A stretch of 64,000 nt of DNA, from the IMG/VR virus record IMGVR_UViG_3300031998_000009, positions 1 to 64,000 of that record; one strand, written 5' to 3'. Made by a program: the position numbers and the translations under genes. Position 1 is the first letter of the stretch; the number at the start of each line of letters is the position of its first letter. Of this stretch, positions 51,212-60,933 are shown in pieces. The notes under the pieces were generated by a model. The model was not told where the DNA came from, searched no databases, and saw only the letters and a list, made by a program, of their open reading frames with translations. The DNA comes from a virus. Its lineage: Duplodnaviria; Caudoviricetes.

Positions 51212-51506
51212 TCTTTTCAGTTATTAACTCTTTAACTTTGTTCATATGTCTTTTTGAATATAGCTTCATAGAATAGCAATGTAACAAACTTACGATTTCT
51301 TCAAAAATTTCCTCACTGTCCAATTTTTGTGATCCAATTTCACTAACGACAATTATTTCAGTATTAAATCGAAGAAATAAATGTTTAAATAATTCAAATC
51401 CAACTCTTGAAAGTCGATCTTTATATGTAATAATTACCTTTTCTATTTTACCTGCAATAATGTCATCCAGCATTTTGAAGAAATCATTTCTGTTTTCAAA
51501 TGATAT
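51183..51506 (-). pseudogene. tnpA: N-terminally truncated IS607 TnpA serine recombinase
   Basis: ISFENRNDFFKMLDD..VIITYKDRLSRVGF..YSMKLYSKR present; MerR-like HTH and catalytic YARVS absent. Confidence 0.8.
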
Positions 51507-51912
51507 AACTTCTTTTTGTGTTTCCTTCTTTATAGTAACGCCAGGTTCCTTTACTAGGATTAAACAGGTAGATATAGTCTACATCCTGATATGATGAGTT
51601 TTCCATAAATTCTTTCTTGTTTTTGTATTTTCTATAGCCTTCCTCTACCGGATCATCTCCTCTATCTCGGATATAGAAAACAGAAACACCTTTTTGTCTG
51701 TGATCAAAATCATGTCTACCTGATGTAGGTTCCAGTTTTTCATAAATACAACTTGCATTTCCCATATAAATTAACGAGTATATTCTGTCTACGCTTTTAT
51801 AGTGCTCGGATAGCAGTTTTCCCATACGTTCTGGATAACCGTCACAATGTACTCGAATGCTACTTACTTCTTTTGTCTTACTATCAATAATGGCAATAAG
51901 AGCGGCTGTCAT
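51496..51912 (-). CDS. Conserved phage protein (HxDGYP family)
   Basis: SIRVHCDGYP..G..L..HY; FYIRDRGD; DYIYLF. Confidence 0.65.
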   Translation of the reverse strand: MTAALIAIIDSKTKEVSSIRVHCDGYPERMGKLLSEHYKSVDRIYSLIYMGNASCIYEKLEPTSGRHDFDHRQKGVSVFYIRDRGDDPVEEGYRKYKNKKEFMENSSYQDVDYIYLFNPSKGTWRYYKEGNTKRSYII

Positions 51913-51943
51913 GGACGTTACCTCCTATTTAATCACTAAATAT

Positions 51944-51972
51944 AGTATAACACAAACAAGTTAAAAAGTCAA
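51944..51972 (-). promoter_or_regulatory. Early promoter P11
   Basis: TTGACT-17 bp-TATACT. Confidence 0.9.
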
Positions 51973-51989
51973 GTAACTTTAAAAAATAT

Positions 51990-52583
51990 TTAATTTCTAA
52001 CAATTCCATTATTGTGAGCTCCACAATTAGCACAATATTTATGTTTCTTTATAAGCTCGGGTATTGTTATTACCTCGTATCCACATCTTCTACACCTATA
52101 TAGAGTACCTTCTTTTTGTTCACCTTGTCTCCACCAATAATCAATTTCAGGTTTAAATTTAGGGGTACCTTTTGAGCACATACTGTTCAATTCACTTATG
52201 ATTTTCTTTAAACAGTCTACAAGACAATTCTCACACTCTGAAAGATATGCTGGAAGATAACGATCTATGTATTCGGTAGGTACAACATCCAAAGCAGTGC
52301 TTGCTTTGAATCCATAATTGACTTTATCATCTATTGTGGAGACATATATTTGAATATCTAGACAAGGATCAAATGAGATCGTATGGAAAGGAATAATCCT
52401 TATCTCATATTTAATAGGTATATTATTTATGGACTGTGGTACAATTTTAGTACATAGTTCTCGAGCTCCATTTACTAATGATTCGAGATTCTCCTTTGCA
52501 ATATGAACAGCAGATACAATAGTATCTAAATCACCCTGTACCGTATCTACTTCAAATCTGTCTGGATTGTGTGAAATAATCAT
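51990..52583 (-). CDS. Hypothetical protein with C-terminal zinc finger
   Basis: YRCRRCG..YCANCGA. Confidence 0.55.
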   Translation of the reverse strand: MIISHNPDRFEVDTVQGDLDTIVSAVHIAKENLESLVNGARELCTKIVPQSINNIPIKYEIRIIPFHTISFDPCLDIQIYVSTIDDKVNYGFKASTALDVVPTEYIDRYLPAYLSECENCLVDCLKKIISELNSMCSKGTPKFKPEIDYWWRQGEQKEGTLYRCRRCGYEVITIPELIKKHKYCANCGAHNNGIVRN

Positions 52584-53335
52584 TTCTTTACTCCTTTTAT
52601 GGTTTTCTTCAATAAAGCAGGTTTAACGAAACTCCACTCGTATACATCAACGATTTTATCTAAAATTAGATAATTTCCTTTACAGGAGCAACTACATTCC
52701 AATCTGTTACATCCACAAATAGAACATATCTTTCTTTTTACCCAGCAAGATATAGAGGCTTTATTAAGAATACCGTATTTGATATCATTTACCAATGATT
52801 CGTTTTCTTTATTACGAACTAAATATGCCCATGCAGTGATGTGATAGTATTGGTCATTGTATTTTGTTTTTCTTGTTTTGTCTAAATGAAGTTCTGTTTT
52901 AAATATTCTTGCTGGAACTGTGTTGTTTTTATAATCGGAGAGTAAACCTGTAGAACCTACAAACTTTTTTGTCATGTCTACCATGGCATAATAAGAAAAG
53001 CACTCATTATCATCATCCAGATCATTGTTTATGAGTTCAAAGTTAAACAGGAACACAGTATCTGGATTATATTTTTGTTTTGTAAACTCTTCAAATTCTT
53101 TTATTGGTAACCCGTCATCGGCTATTTCTTTAGCTACATTAGAAAACTTTCGACCACATTCTAAACAATATTTACTATATCTAGGTACAACAGATCCACA
53201 ATTAGAACAGTTTACAGAATTGTTAGTTTCACTTTCAAATTCTAATAGTGAGGCTTCCTGTGTAGAGGAAAGGTCTAGTTTTCTTATCTCGTCCGAAAAG
53301 TTATCCAATATTTTTTGAATACTATAATATAACAT
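52580..53335 (-). CDS. Zinc ribbon plus degenerate prophage-type prohead-protease-like domain
   Basis: CSNCG..YCLECG, then NDLDDDNECFS..FVGSTG..ARIF.TEL..AWAYLVR..IKYGI..ASISC..CSICG..YEWSFV.PA. Confidence 0.5.
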   Translation of the reverse strand: MLYYSIQKILDNFSDEIRKLDLSSTQEASLLEFESETNNSVNCSNCGSVVPRYSKYCLECGRKFSNVAKEIADDGLPIKEFEEFTKQKYNPDTVFLFNFELINNDLDDDNECFSYYAMVDMTKKFVGSTGLLSDYKNNTVPARIFKTELHLDKTRKTKYNDQYYHITAWAYLVRNKENESLVNDIKYGILNKASISCWVKRKICSICGCNRLECSCSCKGNYLILDKIVDVYEWSFVKPALLKKTIKGVKK

Positions 53336-53346
53336 AGTGTAACTCC

Positions 53347-53820
53347 TTATTCAGATACGACTTTTCTTTTTGGAGGTTTCACGAAAACTGGATAGTCGTT
53401 ACATCCTTGGTAGATACAAAACACCTTACCACTACTTGTCAAAGCAAGTTGCTTGGTTAAATCGTACAGGCCAACATATCTATATTCTTGTTTCGTTGCG
53501 AAGTCGTAGAAGCGTTGTCCAAATTTAAGTTTGTTGATTCCTATCTTTTCTCCCATTTTAGGAATATTATAGTTTCTGAATTTTGCCCATGTGATAGCAA
53601 GACCCCATCGAGTAGATTTATTACCATACTGTGTTCTGTACATCTTGTTCTCCTTCCAATCAATAAGAACACATTGTTTCTTATTCTGGAAGGTATTAAA
53701 CATTATCTGAACATCCGGAAACCTATTTTGATTTTCTGTGAAGTCTTTGTTCATTTCGTCTACCCATTTACAAAATCCTTCATAAGAAACAATATCCATG
53801 TCTGTAATAGTTCTGTTCAT
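53347..53820 (-). CDS. Hypothetical protein
   Basis: 157 aa with RBS. Confidence 0.55.
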   Translation of the reverse strand: MNRTITDMDIVSYEGFCKWVDEMNKDFTENQNRFPDVQIMFNTFQNKKQCVLIDWKENKMYRTQYGNKSTRWGLAITWAKFRNYNIPKMGEKIGINKLKFGQRFYDFATKQEYRYVGLYDLTKQLALTSSGKVFCIYQGCNDYPVFVKPPKRKVVSE

Positions 53821-54065
53821 TTTTTATTACCTCCTGCAATATTTATTGTTCGTAACAGACCTAATATCCATATGTAAAACCAACACAAACTAAATGAAGC
53901 GAATACAAGTGATCTACTAAAGATTTCTTCTTTCTGAAATAAATATAGTGCTGCAAGAAACATGATAAAGGTTATGATGTTTAGGATAATGGAACCTACC
54001 AATTTTAATACAAATTTCATATCAGTTCTCCTTATCAAGATAGCATTTATAATGTTCGGAACCAT
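53817..54065 (-). CDS. Small two-TM membrane protein
   Basis: Two hydrophobic helices. Confidence 0.55.
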   Translation of the reverse strand: MVPNIINAILIRRTDMKFVLKLVGSIILNIITFIMFLAALYLFQKEEIFSRSLVFASFSLCWFYIWILGLLRTINIAGGNKK

Positions 54066-54450
54066 CTGCGATAAGTTTTACTTTTTTAATTCCATTATAA
54101 TTATTTAGATTAAACTTATCTATCACCCATACCTTTAAATCATCTTGTGGAATATGTGGAGAATGGAATATTTTAGCCACTCCATTACTAATCTCTACTC
54201 TTCCTCTTGGATAATAATCAAACGGTTTTCCTTCTGTAAGTTTTCTATCTAGAGTAGACCAAACTTTCTTATGGTTATAGTTATCAGATCCAGTAGATGA
54301 CATAGAAACAGGAATATGAAAATTTTCGTCATTGATATAACCTAAACTATCACAAGGAATTTGAAAATAAAGTTTAGAACTTTCTATATTATCTATGTCT
54401 GTTATCCAAAATATTCCACGGTACAACTGTTTATCTTCTGTAAGTAGCAT
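54022..54450 (-). CDS. YYPRGRV-family protein with LxE leader
   Basis: MLLTE; GIFW, HKKVW, YYPRGRV, HYKC. Confidence 0.65.
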   Translation of the reverse strand: MLLTEDKQLYRGIFWITDIDNIESSKLYFQIPCDSLGYINDENFHIPVSMSSTGSDNYNHKKVWSTLDRKLTEGKPFDYYPRGRVEISNGVAKIFHSPHIPQDDLKVWVIDKFNLNNYNGIKKVKLIADGSEHYKCYLDKEN

Positions 54451-54480
54451 TTATATCACCTCACAGTTATTATTAAATAT

Positions 54481-54509
54481 AGTATAACACAAACACACCG
54501 AAATGTCAA
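54481..54509 (-). promoter_or_regulatory. Early promoter P12
   Basis: TTGACA-17 bp-TATACT; hairpin AAAACTCCTACA/TGTAGGAGTTTT at 54533..54564. Confidence 0.9.
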
Positions 54510-54582
54510 GTGGTTTTTAGAAATAAGAAAATAAAAACTCCTACAATTAAAATGTAGGAGTTTTGTGTAAAATATACAATAA

Positions 54583-55017
54583 CTATTTAATGCAACATTT
54601 ATGACATTTATAATGATCACCAGTTACTCCACCTTCAGAACCGATATATTGTATTTCACAATTTTTATTAAGACGGAATTCCCATTTTATCTCATCCAAA
54701 ATATCTGGTTCGTTTATACAATTATCAATATAAATGTATACATCATAGTGGTGAAACTGTTCACTATTATATATAGGATTAACCATAACTCGACCACGAG
54801 GATAATAATTATATGGAACAACAATACCACCTATAACATGCGAAAACTTTATTTCATTCCAGAGCTTTCTGTGATCTAAGGTTGTGGAAAATCTTCCGGT
54901 TATATCCACAGGATCAGTGAACATATATAGTTTATTATCAATAAACCAAAATATTCCTTCTCGAGGAGAGTTAAGATTTTCTTTTAGAAAATTATTGTGT
55001 TCCACAATAAGTCTCAT
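54583..55017 (-). CDS. YYPRGRV-family protein with LxE leader
   Basis: MRLIVE..FLKE; GIFW, HRKLW, YYPRGRV, HYKC. Confidence 0.65.
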   Translation of the reverse strand: MRLIVEHNNFLKENLNSPREGIFWFIDNKLYMFTDPVDITGRFSTTLDHRKLWNEIKFSHVIGGIVVPYNYYPRGRVMVNPIYNSEQFHHYDVYIYIDNCINEPDILDEIKWEFRLNKNCEIQYIGSEGGVTGDHYKCHKCCIK

Positions 55018-55043
55018 TTAAATATCCTCCATATAAATTAAGG

Positions 55044-55886
55044 TTATCTCATAATCTCATTATCCAAATACTGTTTCATTTCACGAACAATTCGTTTGAG
55101 CTGTAAGATATAGGATTTAGCATGACCTCTAGCATAATTTTTATAATTTGGATTGGTTTCGTAATTAGAATCTTTATATGCAAGTTGCAGATTACGAAGT
55201 GTATCAAGGAAATTATTCGTCATATTTTTAATATCTAGAATCTTATCAGGTTCATTTCTAAATTGTCTTAACATACTATTAAGAGTATCGTATGTTTCAA
55301 AACCATCTTCGAGAATAGAATCATACTGCTGTAGACCCATCTCACCAAGCATATCTTTATACTTTTTAAGATCTGTTTTTTCGTAACCGGACTTATCGTA
55401 TCCATAGGTGTCCATTCTATCACGGTTACGATCAACTGGTTTGTTACTGCTTCTAGACTGACGGAGATCAACAACATCAGGACTTACTTCAAGATATCCA
55501 AAATCTGTGATCATATTAAGAAGATACTTTACAGGAACATCAGAGGCATATTTCTTATTTCTTCCACCGAAATCAATTTTAGGATTATTAACACGAGCGG
55601 CATAAACAAACTCGTTGCCACGTTCATCTGTTCCGCGCATAACAGCAACCTTATCCTCGGAGTCCATAATTTGATTAAACTCTCTCGATGTTCTCGGTAT
55701 AGGAAGTTCATGATATATAGTAGTATTTAAATCTAAATTAGATACATTTCCAAATGTGGACCTAGGTGCTGAATTAAAGTTACCAGAAGGACCCATTTTA
55801 CCAAACCATCCTTTACTTGTTTCAATAGTATCTTTCAACCAACTAGGAATACTAGAATCTAAAGCTTCTCTAATTTGTAATTTCAT
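55044..55886 (-). CDS. LxE-leader protein
   Basis: MKLQIRE-A; DKSGY motif; RBS-supported start at 55886. Confidence 0.6.
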   Translation of the reverse strand: MKLQIREALDSSIPSWLKDTIETSKGWFGKMGPSGNFNSAPRSTFGNVSNLDLNTTIYHELPIPRTSREFNQIMDSEDKVAVMRGTDERGNEFVYAARVNNPKIDFGGRNKKYASDVPVKYLLNMITDFGYLEVSPDVVDLRQSRSSNKPVDRNRDRMDTYGYDKSGYEKTDLKKYKDMLGEMGLQQYDSILEDGFETYDTLNSMLRQFRNEPDKILDIKNMTNNFLDTLRNLQLAYKDSNYETNPNYKNYARGHAKSYILQLKRIVREMKQYLDNEIMR

Positions 55887-55887
55887 A

Positions 55888-55992
55888 AATAACAACTCCT
55901 TAAAAATAATTCAGTATTTATCCTCATGTTAGGATTATTACACTATTTATTGTTATGTGTAGTTATTATTTTTTATAACTAGAGTTGTTATT
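55888..55992 (-). promoter_or_regulatory. Long hairpin covering the RBS of 55044..55886
   Basis: AATAACAACTC/GAGTTGTTATT and AAAAATAAT/ATTATTTTT nested inverted repeats. Confidence 0.5.
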
Positions 55993-55994
55993 TT

Positions 55995-57390
55995 TTAAAC
56001 ATCTTCAGTTTCCGATTCTGTATTAATTTCTTCTCTCTTATACTGAATACCGTTTTCATAAAAGATATCCCAGTCATCTTTATCAAAGTAACTATCAAAG
56101 TATTCGTAAGTTCTTTTCAAGATTATAATTGTCTTCCAATGTGTAGGAGGAACAAGAACTACCCAACCTTCACCATACTGAACGGACAACTCTTTACAAA
56201 CATCGTGAAGTTGCTTATCGTTAAGATCCCATTCGATAAATTCAATATCATTGAGGGTATCGTTTTTGGTAACATGACCACTACCGTTATCGGCGTTCTT
56301 AAAAAGAATGTAGGTATAATCTTTCAGGTCTTCTGTAAGTTCGAGTCCTTTACGCCAATGCTTCTTGGCAAGGTCTTTTGGACCATAGCAACAAGAGCAC
56401 TGACCGGGTTTGTAAGTATAATGTGCGAAATCGATATCACACTTTTCACGGAGTTCTTTGAGTTTGAGATCATTGTAAGTAGTCATTTTAATATCCTCCT
56501 TTTAATTAAGAAATAACACCACGTTTTTTCATGTCGTAATAGCACCATCTATTAACAGCGTTATCTTCCATTTCCTTGAACTTGTCCATCTGTTCGTCGA
56601 ATTCCTTTTTGTACTCGTCGATCATGTTTCTCTGATTTGTGATGGACTTTCCAAACCAGTCATAACCGTTATTGAGGTCACTAAACATATTGGACATCAT
56701 AGTGTCTAACATACTGGTTTTATCCTGAAACCACATTTCAAACCAATTAGTTCCTTCTGTGATTTTCACAATCAACCCTCCTCAAGCACCAACGGCTTCC
56801 TCTCACCCTTCCACACAAAAGTATGCCGTGCCGAATAACAATCACTACCGTCCTGTTCCAGAGTAGTTGTAAAGCACTTCCAGCATTTAAGTACGGTTTT
56901 AACAAGATAATCAAGTCTTACATGATCGTGTTTCCAGTCTCCCCAGCTGATGTCCACATAAACAATATTCGGATTGTCTCTATTGGAATAAACTTCACCA
57001 TAAAGATTATTTTCTCTCATAAAGTCGTGAACTGTTTTTTCCATATCCAGCATTGTTATATCCTCCTTAAAAAATATCCACACAACTGTCCTGTCCTACT
57101 GGGTGAAATCTGTTTACTACATTTCCTATTAATTTCACAGGTTTAAATGTTCCTGTATAATCAATATACTGTACTTTTCCTTTTTCTGTGATATAAACAG
57201 TTCCTTCCTGTGTGTTAGTTACAAGTTCTTTTCCAAATGGCATAACTCTTGTAATTTGGAAATCAACTTGTAAGGTGTTGTCCTTGTAAGGAGTTACTTT
57301 GAACATTGAAACTTTGTAGTTTGTTGTATAACACATATTATGAACTTTTCTACATACATCTTTTATAGCATTAAGTTGTTTGATTGTCAT
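55995..57390 (-). CDS. Four hypothetical early genes (55995..56486, 56506..56775, 56772..57083, 57067..57390)
   Basis: RBS-preceded ORFs downstream of P13. Confidence 0.55.
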
Positions 57391-57447
57391 TCTGAAAACT
57401 CCTCTCTGCTATTTTTCGTGTGTTTTAACTGTTTTACTTACATATAT

Positions 57448-57476
57448 AGTATAACATATTTTATAGAAAATGTCAA
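57448..57476 (-). promoter_or_regulatory. Early promoter P13
   Basis: TTGACA-17 bp-TATACT; hairpin AAAATCCTCACA/TGTGAAGATTTT at 57500..57530. Confidence 0.9.
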
Positions 57477-57552
57477 GTAGTTTTTGAAATATAGTAAAGA
57501 AAAATCCTCACAAATAAATGTGAAGATTTTGTATAGATTATATAAAATTAAG

Positions 57553-58098
57553 TTAATTAGTTTCTTTTAACTTTGTTTTAACTTTACCATATTTTTCCAA
57601 TTCATATTTTGTTATTCTGCTTTGTACTTCAGATAGTTTTGTTTTAAATAATTTCATAACAGCTTTTCGAAGATTTTTAGGTTTCATCCCTACAATAGGA
57701 ACAGGTAAAGTAGGTCCATTTTCTGGATGAACATCTTTATGATCCGATAATCGTATAGTATATGAATAAATTTCTTCTAACTTATCTTGTGGAACATCCT
57801 CCGGATGTCTAAATACAATATCAATGTAATTAGATAAACCCCTTGGATTTTTTCTTCGAGAATTACGGGCACTAGCACTTTCTACATAAGAAAATTGTTC
57901 CAATTCCTCTGCAATAGGATCTAAATATCTTGCCCTTATGTACAGACGTGTCTCTACTTGGTCTCTATAGGAGTCACCACATAATATTTCATCTTCGGGT
58001 TCTAATAACTCTTCTTCTAACGGACCTACCGTATCTAGATAAGGTATCATACTTACATAAAGTATATTACTAAAGGATTCACTAATGGTTAATTTCAT
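57553..58098 (-). CDS. Module gene B, copy 3 (LxE leader)
   Basis: MKLTISE; RGLSNYIDIVF; IRLSDH. Confidence 0.6.
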   Translation of the reverse strand: MKLTISESFSNILYVSMIPYLDTVGPLEEELLEPEDEILCGDSYRDQVETRLYIRARYLDPIAEELEQFSYVESASARNSRRKNPRGLSNYIDIVFRHPEDVPQDKLEEIYSYTIRLSDHKDVHPENGPTLPVPIVGMKPKNLRKAVMKLFKTKLSEVQSRITKYELEKYGKVKTKLKETN

Positions 58099-58535
58099 GG
58101 TCTATTTATCCTTTCTAAAAATCTAAACCTTTCTTCTTTGGAAGGAACATATGTTAAAGAACAGATAAAGTTAATATAATCATATTCAACATAACCATAT
58201 TGCTTCATTATATCATAAGTATCACCTAATACAGAATCATAATGTTTATCTTCGTCGTAAAAATAAGTGATATTATTTATATCATTTAATATGATTAGGG
58301 CTGTATCTTTATCCGTAGTACAATCAATCACGTAATATTTAGAATTTACAAAAACAATATAGCTATGGTTACCTTGTTTATGATAAATACTATCATAGTA
58401 GTCAACTGTGTCCGAATATTCTAAAGAGTTTATATCAAGTTCCTGAATTTCCATATTACCCCTATTTATAAGAAACTCGAGACTTTTCTTTATATTTATT
58501 ATATAACTATTTAGAATATTTAACATAACCATCAC
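58095..58535 (-). CDS. Module gene A, copy 3 (diverged)
   Basis: ATGA overlap with gene B; SYIVFVNSKYYVI..ITYFY weakly like copies 1 and 2. Confidence 0.45.
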   Translation of the reverse strand: MMVMLNILNSYIINIKKSLEFLINRGNMEIQELDINSLEYSDTVDYYDSIYHKQGNHSYIVFVNSKYYVIDCTTDKDTALIILNDINNITYFYDEDKHYDSVLGDTYDIMKQYGYVEYDYINFICSLTYVPSKEERFRFLERINRP

Positions 58536-58560
58536 CCCTTGGTAATAATGTATTTATTAT

Positions 58561-58589
58561 AGTATAACACATTATTATCAAAAAGTCAA
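58561..58589 (-). promoter_or_regulatory. Early promoter P14
   Basis: TTGACT-17 bp-TATACT; hairpin at 58603..58633. Confidence 0.9.
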
Positions 58590-58644
58590 TATGTAAATAT
58601 AACAAAAACCACACATAAAAATGTATGGTTTTTGTTGTAATAGT

Positions 58645-59196
58645 TTAATTAAGTCTATCAAATGCTTGTTTTAATTCTGGTGTTTCAGATAACTCAAAGT
58701 CTCTTGTAAATAAGGTTCCGAACGAAAATTTATATTTATGATTATAACCGTCTTTAGTTAAATCGTTAGCAGATTTACTATCAGGAGGAAGAAATCCAAA
58801 ACAGTAAATCCATGGATAGATATAGTTGTCATCTCTATTTACTTTATCACTAAATAAAGATAAGTCAAAATCATCTTCATCATATTCATCTAACCCTATG
58901 GATTCTGTTCCAAATGAAAAATAGTCTACTCCCATTCCCCTATTATAAAATCCTATATTCGTTTGTATAAATTGTTTCTGGTCTTCGTACCAACCTGATC
59001 GAAATGCTTCTTTTATCATATCTATGTGGATATGGTCCCATGCACCACATATCATATACAAGTCTGCTTGAGCATCATAAAGTATCCGATATTCTTTAGG
59101 TTTATTAGCACATAGATTTGCTATGTCACCTGCATAATCAGTTATAAGCATATCGGAACCTAATTTTTGCAGACGTTCTTGAATATGAAGTTTCAT
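58645..59196 (-). CDS. LxE-leader protein, paralog of 4639..5646
   Basis: MKLHIQE; TDYAGDI..NKPKEYRILYD..H. Confidence 0.6.
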   Translation of the reverse strand: MKLHIQERLQKLGSDMLITDYAGDIANLCANKPKEYRILYDAQADLYMICGAWDHIHIDMIKEAFRSGWYEDQKQFIQTNIGFYNRGMGVDYFSFGTESIGLDEYDEDDFDLSLFSDKVNRDDNYIYPWIYCFGFLPPDSKSANDLTKDGYNHKYKFSFGTLFTRDFELSETPELKQAFDRLN

Positions 59197-59200
59197 GATA

Positions 59201-59875
59201 TCAACGTCCTTTTAACTGTTCTCGTAAACACACAGAAACAAGATCCCAAACTTCACTTATCTTGTCTATGATTCTTACACCTAATTCTTCGGTAGCAAGA
59301 ACATAACTATCATCATATTTCTTACTTTCATAGACATAGAATGTTTCGTCAGCTCTATATTGTTCATCTTCTGAAATCATAGTAGCGAAGATGTCAATAG
59401 CATCTTTATCGGCACTATTCCATCTTACATCAAAAGTATCAATTCCGTAATTATCTTTCAAGAGTTCCATATCTCTATCATTAGGTGTCAAAGCTTTAAA
59501 TAATCTATCTAAAGTCATATTACTAGGTCCAATATTTCCTGGATATGCTTTTGTAGGTCCTTCGTGTAAACGACTAATAGATTCTTTCTTTGCATTTGTA
59601 TATTTTAATTTAGCTCCACTATAATTACCTAGGTCTGTGATATAACATTCACCATCCAGACCAAGTTCCTTAATAACTTCGTTACCTGCTTTTTCAATAT
59701 CTTTATTATAAAGACCTTTACTATATATTTCAAACATATTTAGAGCACTGATAGTAATAACTGTTCCTTTACCTGTATTAGATGTTTTTAGGAGTTTAGG
59801 ATCTACTCCCATTTTTTCTGCCCATAATTTTCTTGGATCTTTTGTACTTGTAGATTCTTTAATTCTTAATTTCAT
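59201..59875 (-). CDS. LxE-leader protein
   Basis: MKLRIKE-S; internal KKES..RLHE-G. Confidence 0.55.
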   Translation of the reverse strand: MKLRIKESTSTKDPRKLWAEKMGVDPKLLKTSNTGKGTVITISALNMFEIYSKGLYNKDIEKAGNEVIKELGLDGECYITDLGNYSGAKLKYTNAKKESISRLHEGPTKAYPGNIGPSNMTLDRLFKALTPNDRDMELLKDNYGIDTFDVRWNSADKDAIDIFATMISEDEQYRADETFYVYESKKYDDSYVLATEELGVRIIDKISEVWDLVSVCLREQLKGR

Positions 59876-59886
59876 ATAACATCACC

Positions 59887-60795
59887 TCAAAGATTAGTAG
59901 CTTTCATAGCACGAATAAGAGCGTTAAGAGCATCCCAAACATGATCACGAAGATCCTGGGCATTATTTTTAACATGAGCATTAAATTTTTCAGGCTCTAC
60001 AGACTTAAAAGCATTCCACTTTCTATTAAAGTCTTTAATCAGTTTATCTGTTTCATCAATATATGCCATACGGTAATACATATCACTACTGTCGTCTTCT
60101 CTTAATTTTAACTTTTCTACCATTATACAAACACCCCTTATTATTTAGTTCCACTAATTAACATTTCGATCAGGATCTCTTTGATATCGAAATCGTTTAT
60201 ATTTGTTTGGAAACCATCAATAAATCCTTCATCCTCGGCAAAACTTAGGAAATCTTCAATATCACCCATCTGTTCCTCGGATCTGTCAAACAAGGACTCG
60301 GCTTCTTCGTCATCCAGACCCAGGAACATAGCAATTTCTGCCATATCCTCATAATCTTCTACATCATATAGAATAAATGGAAGAAATGCTTGCATCGGTC
60401 CTGTGGATCTATTTGGAATAAATATCTCGGCAAGAATATGACCGTCTTCGTCAAACCATATAGCTTCTTCAACTTGATCATTCCAAATAACAACATCACC
60501 ATTTTTCATTGTGTGTTTATAATTCTTCATTTTTATTTCACTCCTCAATATCTGATAATTGTTTGAATTCATTATATAGTCTGTGAACAGCGGCATGAAT
60601 ATCAGACACTACCTCTATATAGTGCTGTGCTTCATTATAGTCCCCAAATCTACTTTCAAGTTGATAGTCTTCTTCTGTGTCAGCTATCATATATTTTATA
60701 TCAAGTAAAAAATCTTTTAAGTCGTATTCAAAACTTTCAAGTACCCCTGTTACATCTGGAAACTCTTGTTTAGCTTCGTTTACTTGTTTTACCAT
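59887..60795 (-). CDS. Three small genes (59887..60123 MVEKLKLRE, 60141..60530 acidic, 60538..60795 MVKQVNE)
   Basis: RBS-preceded ORFs, two with LxE/VxE leaders. Confidence 0.55.
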
Positions 60796-60800
60796 AATCC

Positions 60801-60878
60801 ATATTCACCCCTTAAATTAAACAAACTACTAATTTTATAGTATAGTGGATTATAATTTGTTTAATTATTTGGGAATAT
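60801..60878 (-). promoter_or_regulatory. Long hairpin covering the RBS of 60538..60795
   Basis: ATATTC..CCC/GGGAATAT and AATTAAACAAA/TTTGTTTAATT. Confidence 0.5.
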
Positions 60879-60933
60879 ATGTTTTATGTAAAATTAGGTT
60901 CACTTATCTAATGAATAAGTGAACCTAATTCTT

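Larger units (their letters stand above)
49515..51506 (-). mobile_element. IS607-family element, left-truncated (tnpA remnant, tnpB, structured right end)
   Basis: Serine-recombinase C-terminal part overlapping tnpB; boundaries approximate. Confidence 0.75.
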
